This document shows, one piece after another, positions 8,392-19,406 of a DNA stretch of 64,000 bases (the stretch's first letter is position 1; each line of letters begins with the position of its first letter). Location of the stretch: positions 23,822 to 87,821 of the forward strand of contig DATHRK010000103.1 in NCBI GenBank assembly GCA_035465395.1, written 5' to 3'. Under the pieces are notes generated by a model that worked only from the letters and a program-made list of their open reading frames with translations, was not told the origin of the DNA and did no database searches. The position numbers and the translations under genes were made by a program. Source of the DNA: Longimicrobiales bacterium. GTDB lineage: Bacteria; Gemmatimonadota; Gemmatimonadetes; Longimicrobiales; RSA9.

Positions 8392-9807
8392 TCAGGCTGG
8401 CAGGATGTTGCGGTTGGTGCGGAAGACGTTGTCCGGATCCCACGCCGCCTTGACCCGCGCGAGCCGGCCGAGGCCTCCGCCGAGCGCCGCCTCCACGCGC
8501 TCGGGGCCCTCGTCCTCGGTGAGGAAGTTCACGTAGTTCCCGCCTGTGCCGAAGGCCCGCATGTCCTCCCAGGCCTCCCGCGCCCACGCCACGTTCTTCT
8601 CATCGCCCTCGGCGTCGTCCCACCCGGCGGTGATGTTGAGGACATACCGAGCGTCGCGGTTGCCGGTTGGCGAGTGCTCGGCGTCGAGCTCGTTCAGGGC
8701 GCCGCCGATCTGGAACAGGATCACCGCCGCGTGCGGCGAGGGCGCGCGGGCGGCGTGCGCCATGAGGGGATCAAGGAGCGCGGGATCGATCTCGGAGAGG
8801 TATTCGCTCTTCCAGTAGTAGCGCCGTCCTTTAGGCTGCGTCGCGTCCAGCAGCGACTGCACCTGGGCGTAGGGCCGGCGCACGAGCACGTCGCCCACCG
8901 GTTCGCCCAGCGCCTTGATCGGCGCGACCGCCTTCTCGCCCTTCTCGGGGGCGCCCGTGTGGCAGGCGAGGATCGCCACGATCGGCTTCCCGTGAATCTC
9001 GGGGGGAAGCCAAGACGCTGGAGGGGCGGGCCGCATGAGCCCCACGAGGGTGAGCTCGCGGGGTGCCTTCTCGGCCAGCCCGCGGTAAAGTTCGAGTACG
9101 CGCGGCGCTTCGCTCGCCGGCCACGCCACCAAGCCTCCCACCACCTCCGGGCCAACCGGATAGAGCGTGTATTCGATGTCGGTCACGACCCCGAAGTTGC
9201 CGCCGCCGCCGCGGAGCCCCCAGAAAAGCTCCGGGTTCTCCACCGCGTTCGCCCTTACCAGCCGCCCGTCGGCGGTGACCACGTTCATCCCGGCCACGTT
9301 GTCGGCCGTCCAGCCGTAGCGCCGCGTCAGGTATCCGAAGCCGCCGCCGAGCGTGAGGCCCGCGATCCCCGTGGCGGAAACGAAGCCCAGGACCGCCGCC
9401 AGCCCATGCAGCTGGGTCTCGCGGTCCACGTCCCCCAGCAGGCAGCCGCCCTGCGCCCGGGCGATCCCCTTCTCCGGCTCCACCCACACGCCGCGCATGA
9501 GCGAGAGGTCGAGCATCATCGCGCCGTCCGCCGTGGCGAGCCCCGCGATGTTATGACCGCCTCCCTTGATGCAGAGGAGGAGGTCGCGCTCACGCGCGAA
9601 GCGCACCGCCGCCATCACGTCGGCGACTCCGCGGGGGCGGGCGACCACCGCCGGCCGCCGGTCGATCATCGCGTTCCACACCGACCGGCAGGCCTCGTAG
9701 CCCTCGGTCCCCGGAAGGACGACCTCCCCCGCGAGCCCCGCGGCCAGCCCTGCCACGCTCTCCCTATCGAGATCGAGCTCAGCACCCTCCAGCGTCGTCG
9801 CCTTCAT
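8392..9807 (-). CDS. FAD-binding oxidoreductase (PCMH-type FAD domain plus BBE-like C-terminus)
   Basis: 471 aa. Motifs: VARPRGVADVMAAVRFARERDLLLCIKGGGHN and the C-terminal KAAWDPDNVFRTNRNI typical of berberine-bridge-like FAD oxidases. Confidence 0.85.
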   Translation of the reverse strand: MKATTLEGAELDLDRESVAGLAAGLAGEVVLPGTEGYEACRSVWNAMIDRRPAVVARPRGVADVMAAVRFARERDLLLCIKGGGHNIAGLATADGAMMLDLSLMRGVWVEPEKGIARAQGGCLLGDVDRETQLHGLAAVLGFVSATGIAGLTLGGGFGYLTRRYGWTADNVAGMNVVTADGRLVRANAVENPELFWGLRGGGGNFGVVTDIEYTLYPVGPEVVGGLVAWPASEAPRVLELYRGLAEKAPRELTLVGLMRPAPPASWLPPEIHGKPIVAILACHTGAPEKGEKAVAPIKALGEPVGDVLVRRPYAQVQSLLDATQPKGRRYYWKSEYLSEIDPALLDPLMAHAARAPSPHAAVILFQIGGALNELDAEHSPTGNRDARYVLNITAGWDDAEGDEKNVAWAREAWEDMRAFGTGGNYVNFLTEDEGPERVEAALGGGLGRLARVKAAWDPDNVFRTNRNILPA

Positions 9808-10030
9808 GGGACCGTTCTCCGCTCAGGTTTCTCCTGCGACGAGGACCATCCGACGGCGGAACGGGCGCCGCCGCAAGGGCCCGCCGGCACCGGAGCGCCA
9901 CGAGGCAACCCCGTCAATCACATCCGCAGCGTGGGGGGCGAGGCTGCCCGGCCGGCGGTGTTCGCGGAGGGCGACAGGCCCGCAGCCGCCTCTCCCAGCC
10001 GGACAGGGGCGTGGAGTTGAAGCTTTGCCT

Positions 10031-10234
10031 TCAACCAATCTCTCGAGGAGGGCATGGGCGATCGCCGAACGAGCAGAACACGCAGCAATCACCCTTCTTC
10101 GGCTGCAGAATATGAGAGCACTCCGGACATTCGAAGAAGTATAAGCACGCGCTCGTCGGCATCGGCACGCATGAAACGGCGCTACAGGCCGGACAGGTCA
10201 ACTCGCCCACGGTCGTCTGCTGTTCCGTCTCCAA
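10031..10234 (-). CDS. GDCCVxC domain-containing Cys-rich small protein (67 aa)
   Basis: Sequence LTCPACS...MPTSACLYFFECPECSHILQPKKGDCCVFCSFGDRPCPP. TTG start with GGAGG 7 nt upstream. Lies in a locally lower-GC pocket. Confidence 0.75.
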   Translation of the reverse strand: METEQQTTVGELTCPACSAVSCVPMPTSACLYFFECPECSHILQPKKGDCCVFCSFGDRPCPPREIG

Positions 10235-10378
10235 CAGGTCGCCTCCAATCCCATCGCTGCCCGTTTGCGATCAACCCCATCGTGCGCCGGAGTCGACCTC
10301 TCCACTGCCGCTACTACGAGGCGGCCTAGCCAAAACCTCTCTTGATGCGGCCTCAGCGTGGGGCGCCGGGCGAAGTAT

Positions 10379-12205
10379 TCAGAACGCCCCGCCGCCCCCG
10401 CCACCCATCCCGCCCCCGCTGAACCCGCCGCCCCCGCTGAAGCCCGAGCCGCCGGAGCTGCGGGGGCTGGAGGACATCGCGCTTTCGGCGCGGGTGCTCA
10501 TCGTGCCGAGGCGGGTGGTGAAGTGGGTGGGGCGGAAGGAGGCGCCGTCGCCGGTGCCGATGTACCAGGAGGGCTGGGGGGGCTCGGCGTAGATGTTCTC
10601 GAAGGCGCGCGCCCAGCGCTTCTCGACCTGGAGCGCCATGGCGGAGGGGAGGAAGCGCTCGAAGAGCTCGGGGCTCGTGACCATGCGGCGGAAGCGGTCG
10701 GAGTCGACGGCCTTGAGGAACTCCTCGAAGCCGAGGATCTGCTCGAGGCGGCGGGCGCCTCCGATCGTGCGGGCCGGCATGAACACGCCGAAGCCGATGA
10801 CGATGAGGCCGGTCAGGACGCCGCCCGCGATTGCCGCCGCGGGGGCCACGAGCCCTTGGTCAGCGAGGACCAGGCCCAGCACCGTGAGGCCGATCCCCAC
10901 CGCGATTCCGATCCCGATGAACGCCCCCATCACGTGGTCCGGCCGCCAGCGGTAGTCGCCTCGGTCCAGCGCCCGGCGGTAGAGCGCGGACTTGATGCCG
11001 GGGAGGTGCTCGTAGAACTCCTCCTCCAGCTCCGACATGGAGACCTCGGGGCGGGAGCCGTGCTCGAAGAGTCCATCGAGGAGCATGCGCTCGTGCGGCG
11101 CGAGCTCGTCCCAGTCCGCCTTCCGCTCCGCCATCACGAAGACGTAGTCGGTCTTGTCGATGAGGCCGAACAGCAGGTCGCGCTCTTCCTCCTTCACCTG
11201 CAGGAAGCCGCGCACTGCGAGGTCCACGAGCGTCGCCGTGATGTCCCGCATGTCCGGTTTGTGGTCGACGAGGAGGCCCGCGTCGCCGGGCGTGAGGCCC
11301 TCCGGCGGCTCGTACGCGGCCGCGATCGGCCTGCGGCGCGGGTCCCGGCCGACGCGGCGCCACAGCAGGCACATGCCGAGGAACGCGAAAATCGGGAGGA
11401 ACAGGGGCCAGTTGCTGCGCAGGAAGAACGCGACGTTGTCCGCGGTGCTCGGCCGCGCCACCACGCCCGGGTCCCAGGCGACGGCGACGGTGAGGCCCTC
11501 GCGGAAGGCCAGTCCTTCGGTGGTCGCGACGTCGACGATGCGGTCGCCGATCCGGACGCGGGCGTTCTCGGCGGTCGAGCCGAAGCTCCCGGTGAAGACG
11601 CGCGCGCGTACGCCGGAGACGTCGTCGGGGAGCAGGATCCTGACCGAGGCGGCGTCGATCGGGACGGGCCATTCGGTGCCCGTGGCGTTCCAGTAGAGCT
11701 CGTCGTGGTCCTCGAAGAATTTCAGGGCCCTGCGGGCGCGGTAGCGAATACGGACGGTGCGCGTCGCGTCCTCGGCGCCCGGGACCCAGATCTTGTACGT
11801 GCGGCGATCGCCTTCGTTGTCGGTCTCGTACTCGAGCGGATTCCCGCTCCCGTCGGTGATCGACTCGATGTCCAGCAGGAGGGTGTGGCCGAACTCCCCC
11901 CAGGACCGGTAGCGGACGGGGATCGTGCGGTAGATGCCGTTGAACGAACCTACGAAGCGCGGCCGGATGGTTTCGGTGACGACGACCGTGCCGTTCTCCA
12001 GGACCACCGCCTCCACGTCGAAGGACTCGATGTGCCAGGAGCGGCCGGCCTGCGCGGCCGCGTCGGCGGGCGCGAAGGCGAGGAGCGTGAAGGCGCCCGC
12101 GAGGGCCGGCAGGGCGCACGCGGGGAGCGCGAGCGCCCGCAGTGCGTGGACGGTCCGCGCGGCGAGGCGAACCGTCCACCTGCGGACGATGGATGCGTCG
12201 CGCAT
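10379..12205 (-). CDS. DUF2207 domain-containing membrane protein
   Basis: Start ATG at 12205 ([10 protein letters not shown]). Signal sequence, extracellular DUF2207 region ([24 protein letters not shown]), TM helices and a Gly-rich C-terminal tail. Classical partner of LemA. Confidence 0.85.
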   Translation of the reverse strand: MRDASIVRRWTVRLAARTVHALRALALPACALPALAGAFTLLAFAPADAAAQAGRSWHIESFDVEAVVLENGTVVVTETIRPRFVGSFNGIYRTIPVRYRSWGEFGHTLLLDIESITDGSGNPLEYETDNEGDRRTYKIWVPGAEDATRTVRIRYRARRALKFFEDHDELYWNATGTEWPVPIDAASVRILLPDDVSGVRARVFTGSFGSTAENARVRIGDRIVDVATTEGLAFREGLTVAVAWDPGVVARPSTADNVAFFLRSNWPLFLPIFAFLGMCLLWRRVGRDPRRRPIAAAYEPPEGLTPGDAGLLVDHKPDMRDITATLVDLAVRGFLQVKEEERDLLFGLIDKTDYVFVMAERKADWDELAPHERMLLDGLFEHGSRPEVSMSELEEEFYEHLPGIKSALYRRALDRGDYRWRPDHVMGAFIGIGIAVGIGLTVLGLVLADQGLVAPAAAIAGGVLTGLIVIGFGVFMPARTIGGARRLEQILGFEEFLKAVDSDRFRRMVTSPELFERFLPSAMALQVEKRWARAFENIYAEPPQPSWYIGTGDGASFRPTHFTTRLGTMSTRAESAMSSSPRSSGGSGFSGGGGFSGGGMGGGGGGAF

Positions 12206-12219
12206 CGGACCGCCTCGCC

Positions 12220-12777
12220 TCAGCCGTCGTGCCCGAAGTCGACCTTCGGCGCCTCGCGCTGGGCCTCGTCCTCGAGGCCGAAGAAGGGCCGGGGGTGGAA
12301 GCCGAGGGGACCGGCGATGAGGCTGCCCGGGATCTGCTGGATGCGGGTGTTGTAGTCCCGCACGACGGCGTTGTAGTAGCGCCGGGCGTTCTGGATCGCT
12401 TCCTCGATCTCCTGCAGCGAGCGCTGCAGGCTCGCGAAGCTCTCCACGGCGCGCAGCTCGGGGTACGCTTCCGACAGCGCGAAGAGCTGGCGCAGCGCGC
12501 CGGTCAGCATGTTCTCGGCGCGGGCCTGCTGCTCCGGACCCTCGGCCTGCACGGCCTGGTTGCGGGCGGCGATCACCGCCTCGAGCGTCTCGCGCTCGTG
12601 GCCGGCGTAGCCCTTCACCGTCTCGACGAGGTTCGGGATCAGCTCGTAGCGACGCTTGAGCTGCACGTCCACGTCGGCCCAGGCGTTGTCGACGCGGATG
12701 CGGGAGCCGACGAGGCCGTTGTAGAGCAGGACCCCGCCGACGACCATCACGAGCACGACGATCAGGACGATCCACAT
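12220..12777 (-). CDS. lemA: LemA family protein
   Basis: N-terminal TM helix followed by [47 protein letters not shown]. Confidence 0.9.
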   Translation of the reverse strand: MWIVLIVVLVMVVGGVLLYNGLVGSRIRVDNAWADVDVQLKRRYELIPNLVETVKGYAGHERETLEAVIAARNQAVQAEGPEQQARAENMLTGALRQLFALSEAYPELRAVESFASLQRSLQEIEEAIQNARRYYNAVVRDYNTRIQQIPGSLIAGPLGFHPRPFFGLEDEAQREAPKVDFGHDG

Positions 12778-13016
12778 GGGCGCTCTTCCCGTCTGAAGGA
12801 GTGTCGCGACTCAGGCGCTGAGCATAGGCGCCGGCGCGGGCCGCCGACAGGCGCGGCGGGCTCCGTCCGGCATTACGGGCGCGGCGATCACGGTCTTCGC
12901 CGGCGGCGACGGTTTTCCGATACCGCGCGGTCCTCCAGGGGCCGTTGTCACGGCCTACCCGGCCGCCGGGCTCCTCCCCAGGAGGGTGCCCACGAATCCA
13001 AAAGGAGACCGCAGCC

Positions 13017-13733
13017 ATGTCCACCCAACGAGCGGCCGTGCTGTCGACCGCGTGCGCGCTGGCGGCGATCGTCGCGTGCGGCGACGATTCGCCCACCGGC
13101 CCCGACTACGACCCCGACATCCCGACGCAGTGGTCGGAGCTCGTCACGAACCCCTTCTTCCCGCTCACGCCCGGCCTGCACAAGGAGTTCGAGGGAGCGA
13201 CCGAGGACGGCACCGAGACGATCGTCATCGACGTCCTGAACACGACGAGGATGGTCAACGGCGTCGAGGCCACGATCGTCCGCGACCAGGTCTTCCTGGA
13301 CGGCGAGCTGATCGAGGACACCGACGATTGGTACGCCCAGGACGCGGACGGCAACGTGTGGTACCTGGGCGAGGCGGCCGAGGACTACGAGGACGGCGTG
13401 CTCGTCTCGACCGACGGATCGTGGGAGTGGGGCGTCGACGGCGCGCTGCCCGGGATCATCATGTGGGCCAATCCCGCCGACCACGTAGGCGAGGAGTACC
13501 GGCAGGAGTTCTACGAGGGCGAGGCCGAGGACTGGGCCAAGGTGCTGCGCACGGGCGAGTCGGTGACCGTGCCGGACGGGTCGTTCATGGGCTGCATCGT
13601 CACCGAGGACTGGAACGGGCTCGAGGCGGACAGCGAGGAGGAGAAGACGTACTGCGCGGGCATCGGCGTGGTGAAGGAGGTCTCTCTGGACAGCGGCGAG
13701 AGCGTCGAGTTGACGGCGCACTCGGGCTCGTAG
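13017..13733 (+). CDS. hypothetical lipoprotein
   Basis: AAGGAG RBS before ATG 13017. Lipobox LAAIVAC. Acidic, W/Y-rich mature part. No family recognised. Confidence 0.6.
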   Translation: MSTQRAAVLSTACALAAIVACGDDSPTGPDYDPDIPTQWSELVTNPFFPLTPGLHKEFEGATEDGTETIVIDVLNTTRMVNGVEATIVRDQVFLDGELIEDTDDWYAQDADGNVWYLGEAAEDYEDGVLVSTDGSWEWGVDGALPGIIMWANPADHVGEEYRQEFYEGEAEDWAKVLRTGESVTVPDGSFMGCIVTEDWNGLEADSEEEKTYCAGIGVVKEVSLDSGESVELTAHSGS

Positions 13734-13888
13734 GAGGCGTTCGGGCCTCGGCGCCCGCTGGACGGGCGTCGGGGTCGGCCTAACGGCACCGCCGGCGGGC
13801 GCGTCCCTGTTCCGGCCGGGCGCGCGCCGCCCCGCCGGGACGCCCCGCGCACGGCGACGGGGTCACGCGCCTCGACGCGGAGGATGGG

Positions 13889-15274
13889 TTGAGCCGACCG
13901 AACGACGGCCTGCGGGCGCTGAACCGCTTCGGCCTGGGCGCGCGCCCGGGCGAAGCGGCGCGGCTCGCCGACCCCAGGGGGTGGCTGCGGGACCAACTCG
14001 GCGGCCCGCCGCCGGCGCTCTCGGGCGATCTCCCGGACGGACCCGAGATCGGCGCCGCGATGCGCGGACTGCGTGAAGCGCAGCGGAGCCGCGACGAGGC
14101 GGCGCTGCGAGACGGCCGCCGCGCCATCACCCGCATCGTGGGCCGGGAGAGCACGGCGGCGCTGGGCGCCAGGGTCGTTTCGGATCGCCCGTTCGTCGAG
14201 CGGCTGGTCGCGTTCTGGTCCAACCACCTCTGCGTCTCCGTGCGGGGCGAGCCCGCGGTGCTTCCGCTGGCGGGCGACTACGAGCGCGAGGCGATCCGAC
14301 CCCACGTGCTCGGGCGCTTCGAGGACATGGTCCTCGCCTCCGCGCGCCACCCCGCGATGCTCATCTACCTGGACAACGCCCAGTCCATCGGGCCCGCGTC
14401 GCGGGTCGGCCGCGTGACCGCGCGCCGCGGCAACGCCCGCGGCCTCAACGAGAACTACGCCCGCGAGCTCCTGGAGCTGCACACCGTCGGGGTCGACGGA
14501 GGCTACGCGCAGGAGGACGTGCTGGAGCTGGCGCGGGTGCTGACCGGCTGGGGCGTGGCCGGAGTGGGGCGGGTGCGCGGCCCGCGGCTCGGGGCCGAGC
14601 CCGACGCGCCGTCCTTCCGCTTCGTGGCGGAGCTCCACGAGCCCGGCGCCAAGAGCGTGATGGGGAAGCGCTACGCCGAGGCGGGCGTCCGGGAAGGCGA
14701 GGCCGCGATCCGCGACCTCTGCGCGCATCCCTCCACGGCGCGCTTCGTCGCCTCCAAGCTCGTGACCCATTTCGTCGCCGACGACCCGCCGCCGGCCGCG
14801 GTCGACCGGATCGCGTCGGTGTTCGCCGATTCCGGAGGCGACCTGCGCGCCACGGCGGACGCGCTGGTGGACCTCGAGGAGGCCTGGGCTGGGGACGCGC
14901 GGAAATTCCGCGCGCCGCAGGACTGGCTGATCGCCGTGCTGCGCGCGCTGGGAGCCCGCGAGGCCCCGCGCGAGGTCGTCGAGGCGCTGCGCCAGCTGCG
15001 GCACACGCTGTGGGCGCCGGGCGCGCCCAAGGGCTACGGCGACGTCCGTCGCGAGTGGGCGGATCCCGACGCGCTCATGAACCGGGCGGAGCTGGCCCGC
15101 ACGATCTCCCGCCGCGTCGTGCGCGGCGGCGGCGCGCCCGAGCCGCGCGCGTTGCTCGACGTGGTCGAGCTCGGCGCCGACTCGGCGCTGCCTCGCGTGC
15201 TAGCGGACGCCGACATCGACACCGGCGAGCGGCTCGCGCTCGCCCTGGCCGGTCCGGACTTCCAGTGGCGGTGA
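13889..15274 (+). CDS. DUF1800 domain-containing protein
   Basis: TTG start with GGAGG 5 nt upstream. Motifs LNRFGLGARPGE, FWSNHLCVS and RELLELHTVGVDGGY. Confidence 0.85.
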   Translation: MSRPNDGLRALNRFGLGARPGEAARLADPRGWLRDQLGGPPPALSGDLPDGPEIGAAMRGLREAQRSRDEAALRDGRRAITRIVGRESTAALGARVVSDRPFVERLVAFWSNHLCVSVRGEPAVLPLAGDYEREAIRPHVLGRFEDMVLASARHPAMLIYLDNAQSIGPASRVGRVTARRGNARGLNENYARELLELHTVGVDGGYAQEDVLELARVLTGWGVAGVGRVRGPRLGAEPDAPSFRFVAELHEPGAKSVMGKRYAEAGVREGEAAIRDLCAHPSTARFVASKLVTHFVADDPPPAAVDRIASVFADSGGDLRATADALVDLEEAWAGDARKFRAPQDWLIAVLRALGAREAPREVVEALRQLRHTLWAPGAPKGYGDVRREWADPDALMNRAELARTISRRVVRGGGAPEPRALLDVVELGADSALPRVLADADIDTGERLALALAGPDFQWR

Positions 15275-15276
15275 CC

Positions 15277-16473
15277 ATGGACAGACGAAACTTCCTGCGG
15301 ACGATGTGCGTGGGCGGCGCGGCGACCTTCGCGCTGCCGTCGGTGGCGTTCGCGCGCGTGCCCGGGCAGGGCCGCCTGATGTTCGCGCTGCTGCGCGGCG
15401 GCTTTGACGGGCTCGCCGCGCTGGTCCCGATCGGCGACCCCGGGTACCGGGCCCTGCGCGGGCCGATGGCGTTCGACGCGGGCGACCTTATCGCGCTCGA
15501 CGACGGCTTCGCGCTGGCGCCGGGGTTGGCGCCGTTCGCCGAGTTCTGGGAGCGCGGGGAGCTCCTCGCGGTGCACGCGATGGCGATCCCGTACCGCACG
15601 CGGAGCCACTTCGACGGGCAGGCGATCCTGGAGACCGGGCTGGAGCGGCCCGACGGCGCCGCGGACGGGTGGCTGAACCGGCTGCTGCAAGTGATGGGCG
15701 GCGAGCGCTCCGGGATCGCGGTGTCGGCGGGCATGCCTCGGTCGCTCACGGGCGAGCACCCGGTGATGACGTGGTCGCCCGCGTCGCTCGGGACCACCGA
15801 GGCGGCCTACATCGACCGCCTGCACGCGCTCTACCAGCGCGACCGGGTGCTGCTCAACCCGTTCGAGGCGGCGCTGCAACTCGAAGCGCTCGGCGAGTCC
15901 GCCATGGACGACGAGGGATCGACGGGGGGACGGTCGATGGAGGCTCGTGCCCGCCGGCCGCGGGGCGCCTTCGAGCCCGTCCTCGGCGCGGCGGCGCGCT
16001 TCCTCCGCGAGCCCGCTGGGCCCAACGTCGCGGCGGTCGAGTTCAGCGGCTGGGACACGCACGCCAACCAGGGCCTGGCCGGCGGGTCGCTGGACCGCCT
16101 GCTCGGCGGGCTGTCGTCGGGGCTCGCGGCGTTCCGCGAGGCGATGGGACCGCGCTGGGCGGACACCACCGTGGTCGTGATGACCGAGTTCGGGCGGACG
16201 GCGCGGCCCAACGGCACCGGGGGCACCGACCACGGCACCGCGGGCGCCGGCTTCGTGCTCGGGCCGCGCATAGCGCGCAGCGCCGTCCTCGCCGACTGGC
16301 CGGGCCTGGCGGAGCGCCAGCTCTACGAGGGCCGCGACGTGCGCCCGACCCTGGACACGCGGTCGGTGCTGAAGGGCGTGCTCGCGGGCACCTTCGACCT
16401 CACGCGGGCGCAGTCGGAGCGGGTGTTCCCCGACTCGGAGGCCGCCAACGGGATGTTCGAGCTGATGGGCTGA
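15277..16473 (+). CDS. DUF1501 domain-containing protein (Tat signal)
   Basis: MDRRNFLRTMCVGGAATFALP twin-arginine leader. Motifs WDTHANQ and TEFGRTARPNGTGGTDHG. Usual partner of DUF1800. Confidence 0.85.
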   Translation: MDRRNFLRTMCVGGAATFALPSVAFARVPGQGRLMFALLRGGFDGLAALVPIGDPGYRALRGPMAFDAGDLIALDDGFALAPGLAPFAEFWERGELLAVHAMAIPYRTRSHFDGQAILETGLERPDGAADGWLNRLLQVMGGERSGIAVSAGMPRSLTGEHPVMTWSPASLGTTEAAYIDRLHALYQRDRVLLNPFEAALQLEALGESAMDDEGSTGGRSMEARARRPRGAFEPVLGAAARFLREPAGPNVAAVEFSGWDTHANQGLAGGSLDRLLGGLSSGLAAFREAMGPRWADTTVVVMTEFGRTARPNGTGGTDHGTAGAGFVLGPRIARSAVLADWPGLAERQLYEGRDVRPTLDTRSVLKGVLAGTFDLTRAQSERVFPDSEAANGMFELMG

Positions 16474-16480
16474 CGTGGGG

Positions 16481-16515
16481 GTCGGCGCCGTCCCGCGAGC
16501 GGGTGCGGCGCCGAC
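16481..16515. terminator. hairpin between convergent genes (10-bp stem)
   Basis: GTCGGCGCCG (16481-16490), a 15-nt loop, then CGGCGCCGAC (16506-16515). Lies between the DUF1501 and OsmC gene 3' ends. Confidence 0.4.
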
Positions 16516-16536
16516 GTCGTGCGGCGCCCAGCCGGC

Positions 16537-16962
16537 TCAACTCGCCGAGAAGCTCGCGTCCATCGTGATCGGCACGGCGAGCGCCTTCGACACCGGGCAG
16601 CCCTCCTTGGCGGTGTTCGCGGCCGTCATGAAGGCCTCTTCCGTCCCGTCGCCTTCCGCCCGGACGTCCAGGTGGACGCCGCTGATGGCGAAGCCGACCT
16701 CCTGCTTCTCGAGCGAGACCGTCGCGGTCGTCTCGATGCTCTTCGGGGTGACGCCTTCCTTGGCCATGTTTCCCGAAAGCGCCATCGAGAAGCACCCCGC
16801 GTGCGCCGCGGCGATCAGCTCCTCCGGGTTCGTTCCCGGCTCGTCCTCGAACCGCTTGCTGAACGAGTAGTCGATGCCGTCGAGCGCGCCGCTCTCGGTC
16901 GAGAGCGTGCCGCCACCCGCGCGGATCTCGCCCGTCCACACGGCCGTCGCCTTTCGCTTCAT
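16537..16962 (-). CDS. osmC: OsmC family peroxiredoxin
   Basis: 141 aa with GGAGGAG RBS. Motifs NPEELIAAAHAGCFSMAL and KEGCPVSKAL, the two OsmC cysteines. Confidence 0.85.
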   Translation of the reverse strand: MKRKATAVWTGEIRAGGGTLSTESGALDGIDYSFSKRFEDEPGTNPEELIAAAHAGCFSMALSGNMAKEGVTPKSIETTATVSLEKQEVGFAISGVHLDVRAEGDGTEEAFMTAANTAKEGCPVSKALAVPITMDASFSAS

Positions 16963-17211
16963 GTCCTCTCCTCCGGTAGGTCGGCAGGAACGCCCCGCAC
17001 GCGGAGTCCCGCGGCGGGGGCGCAAAGTCGTGCGGGTGCACGGTTCACGCCAGCGCCGCCGGAGGGATCGGCCGGCCGACGGGACGCGCCTTTGTGCATA
17101 CCGCAGCGAACGTGCACGTTGTCCTGCTGGCACGACGACGAACTCCCAGGACGGCGATCCGGACGTGACACTGCGTGGGGCATACGGCCGCGGTCGGCCG
17201 CGAGCGAGCCT

Positions 17212-18741
17212 ATGAGCGACGGCGCCACGCCGCCCGATACCGAGGCGCCGCCGGACGAACCCGGGGCCAGCGCCGAGGAGCTCGGCCCGGGGCCCGGCAC
17301 GGGCGCGGACGCGTCCCGGGCGGATCCCGAGATCCCCCCGCCCCCGCCGCCGCCCTCCCGCCGCTACGACCGCTCGATCGTGGAGGGCCCGCTCCTGCCG
17401 GCGGTCTGGAAGATCGCCTGGCCGACGATGCTGCAGAACATCATCGGCGGCATGCAGGGGCTCGTGGACCACGTCATGGTCGGCAACTACGTCGGCTTCG
17501 CCGGCAACGCCGCCATCGGCGTGAGCTGGCAGGTGTTCCTCGTCGTGATCGTCTTCATCTCCTCGCTGTTCACCGGGATGAGCGTGCTGGTCGCTCGATT
17601 CGCGGGTGCCGGCAAGTCGGAGAAGGTCGACCGCACCGTGTACCAGGCCTTCCTGACCGCCATCGGCCTCGCCCTCGGGATCTTCGCGCCGCTCGGGTAC
17701 TTCCTGGCGCCGGCGCTGCTCGACCTGGTCAACGCGGCCCCGGCGGTGCAGGCGGAGGCGCTGCCGTATCTGCGCATCATGTTCCTGTTCAGCAGCGGCA
17801 TGATGGTGTTCTTCATGCTCGGAGGCGCGCTCCGCTCGGCGGGCGACGCCAAGACGCCGCTGCGGCTCGGGATCGTGATGACAGTGCTCAACATCGTCCT
17901 GAACGTGATCCTGATCCGCGGCCTGGGACCGATCCCCTCGTTCGGGACCGCCGGCGCCGCGATGGGGACCGTGATCGCCTCCGCGCTGGTCGGGGCGTAC
18001 GCGCTGTTCCGGCTCTGGGGCGGCGGGTGGGTGGTGGGCTTCCCGCATGGCGGTGGGTACGGCCCGGATTGGGTCATCATCCGGGCGATCTTCCGCTTCG
18101 GCCTGCCGACCGGCATCCAGGGGATCGCGATGAACGTCGGCGGGGTCTTCCTGCTGGCCTTCATCGGCTCGGTCGCGCAGAGCGCGGCGGCGCAGGCGGC
18201 CTACGCCGTCTCCTACACGCAGCTCTTCTCGCTGATCACGTGGACGACCGTCGGTTTGATGGGGGCCGCCGCTGCCGTGGCGGGCCAGAATCTAGGGGCG
18301 GACAACCCGGACCGCGCGGCCGCCGCCGTGCACAAGGCGGCCCGCATCGGGGTGCTGGTCGCGGCGTTGGTGGGACTGATGTTCCTGCTCATCCCGCGCC
18401 AGCTCCTCGGGGTGTTCGGCATGGACGAGCCGGCCGTGCTCGACATCGGCACCAGCTTGCTCCGCGTGCTGAGCCTGTCGGGCCTCTTCATCGCGGTGGC
18501 GCTCACCTACACCGGGGGCCTCCAGGGCACCGGCGACACCAAGAGCCCGCTCTACATCTCGATCGTCTCGCAGATCGTGGTGCCGCTGGGCATCTGCGCG
18601 GTCGTGCAACGGGTCGGGACGCTGGATCCGATCGATATCTGGCTGGCCATCCTCGCCGGCCACGTGACCCGCTCCGCCCTCAGCGTGATGGTGTTCAACC
18701 GCGGGAGGTGGCGCAGCATCGCGGTCGACATCGGCGGCTGA
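17212..18741 (+). CDS. MATE family efflux transporter
   Basis: Motif WKIAWPTMLQNIIGGMQGLVDHVMVG, 12-TM architecture, and a Pro/Ala-rich N-terminal extension. Confidence 0.85.
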   Translation: MSDGATPPDTEAPPDEPGASAEELGPGPGTGADASRADPEIPPPPPPPSRRYDRSIVEGPLLPAVWKIAWPTMLQNIIGGMQGLVDHVMVGNYVGFAGNAAIGVSWQVFLVVIVFISSLFTGMSVLVARFAGAGKSEKVDRTVYQAFLTAIGLALGIFAPLGYFLAPALLDLVNAAPAVQAEALPYLRIMFLFSSGMMVFFMLGGALRSAGDAKTPLRLGIVMTVLNIVLNVILIRGLGPIPSFGTAGAAMGTVIASALVGAYALFRLWGGGWVVGFPHGGGYGPDWVIIRAIFRFGLPTGIQGIAMNVGGVFLLAFIGSVAQSAAAQAAYAVSYTQLFSLITWTTVGLMGAAAAVAGQNLGADNPDRAAAAVHKAARIGVLVAALVGLMFLLIPRQLLGVFGMDEPAVLDIGTSLLRVLSLSGLFIAVALTYTGGLQGTGDTKSPLYISIVSQIVVPLGICAVVQRVGTLDPIDIWLAILAGHVTRSALSVMVFNRGRWRSIAVDIGG

Positions 18742-18774
18742 AGAGCGGAGGACCCGCGACGCGCGACCGGGTGG

Positions 18775-19254
18775 CTACGCCGCCGGCTCGACGTCGGCCC
18801 GCAGGCGTTCCTGGATGTAGGCCGCGACCGCGTCGATGTCGCGGTACTTGAGCCCGTAGAACCCCCAGTGCGGCATGCCGCTCGCCGTGCCCGTGAACAC
18901 CTGCCGCCGCAGCCCTTCGCGATCCGCCGCGAAACGCCAGTCCGGCGTGAGGAAACTGGGCGGACGGAGCGTGTCGCCCCGGAGCACGAGGCCGCCATCG
19001 CCGGCCCCAACCGGCCCGTGGCACTTGGAGCAACTGTAGGAATAGACCACCGCTCCCCTCTCCAGCGCCGCGCCCGCGCTGTCCCAGCCGATGGTATCGA
19101 ACGCCGCGGGATCGTACATTGCTTCGGCGAGCATGACGGAGTCCTCGTGAGCCGCAACCTGGTCCTCGGGGGTGGGCGCGGCGTCCGAGCCGCAGGCAAT
19201 CAGCGCCGCCGCCAACGCGATCGGGGCCAGGTGGGTACGCCTGGTGCTGAGCAT
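18775..19254 (-). CDS. c-type cytochrome lipoprotein
   Basis: Lipobox AAALIAC and the haem-binding motif CSKCHG. Start taken at ATG 19254 (MLSTRR). Confidence 0.7.
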   Translation of the reverse strand: MLSTRRTHLAPIALAAALIACGSDAAPTPEDQVAAHEDSVMLAEAMYDPAAFDTIGWDSAGAALERGAVVYSYSCSKCHGPVGAGDGGLVLRGDTLRPPSFLTPDWRFAADREGLRRQVFTGTASGMPHWGFYGLKYRDIDAVAAYIQERLRADVEPAA

Positions 19255-19406
19255 GGACCCTCCCGGTTGGAGATGCTCCACGATGGCGCGCGCACCGGTC
19301 GGACGGCGTGGGGAGGCCTACGCGATGTTGTCGGAGATTCGACCACACCTCCGCGCACGACACCCGGTCGCGCTCAGCCCCGCGGCGACGCCTCCGCGGT
19401 GGTGCC

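Noticed and set aside
10379-16473. LemA-DUF2207 and DUF1800-DUF1501 gene pairs as novel systems.
   Set aside because: Both are widespread gene pairings that have already been catalogued, although their functions remain poorly understood. Nothing about these copies is unusual.
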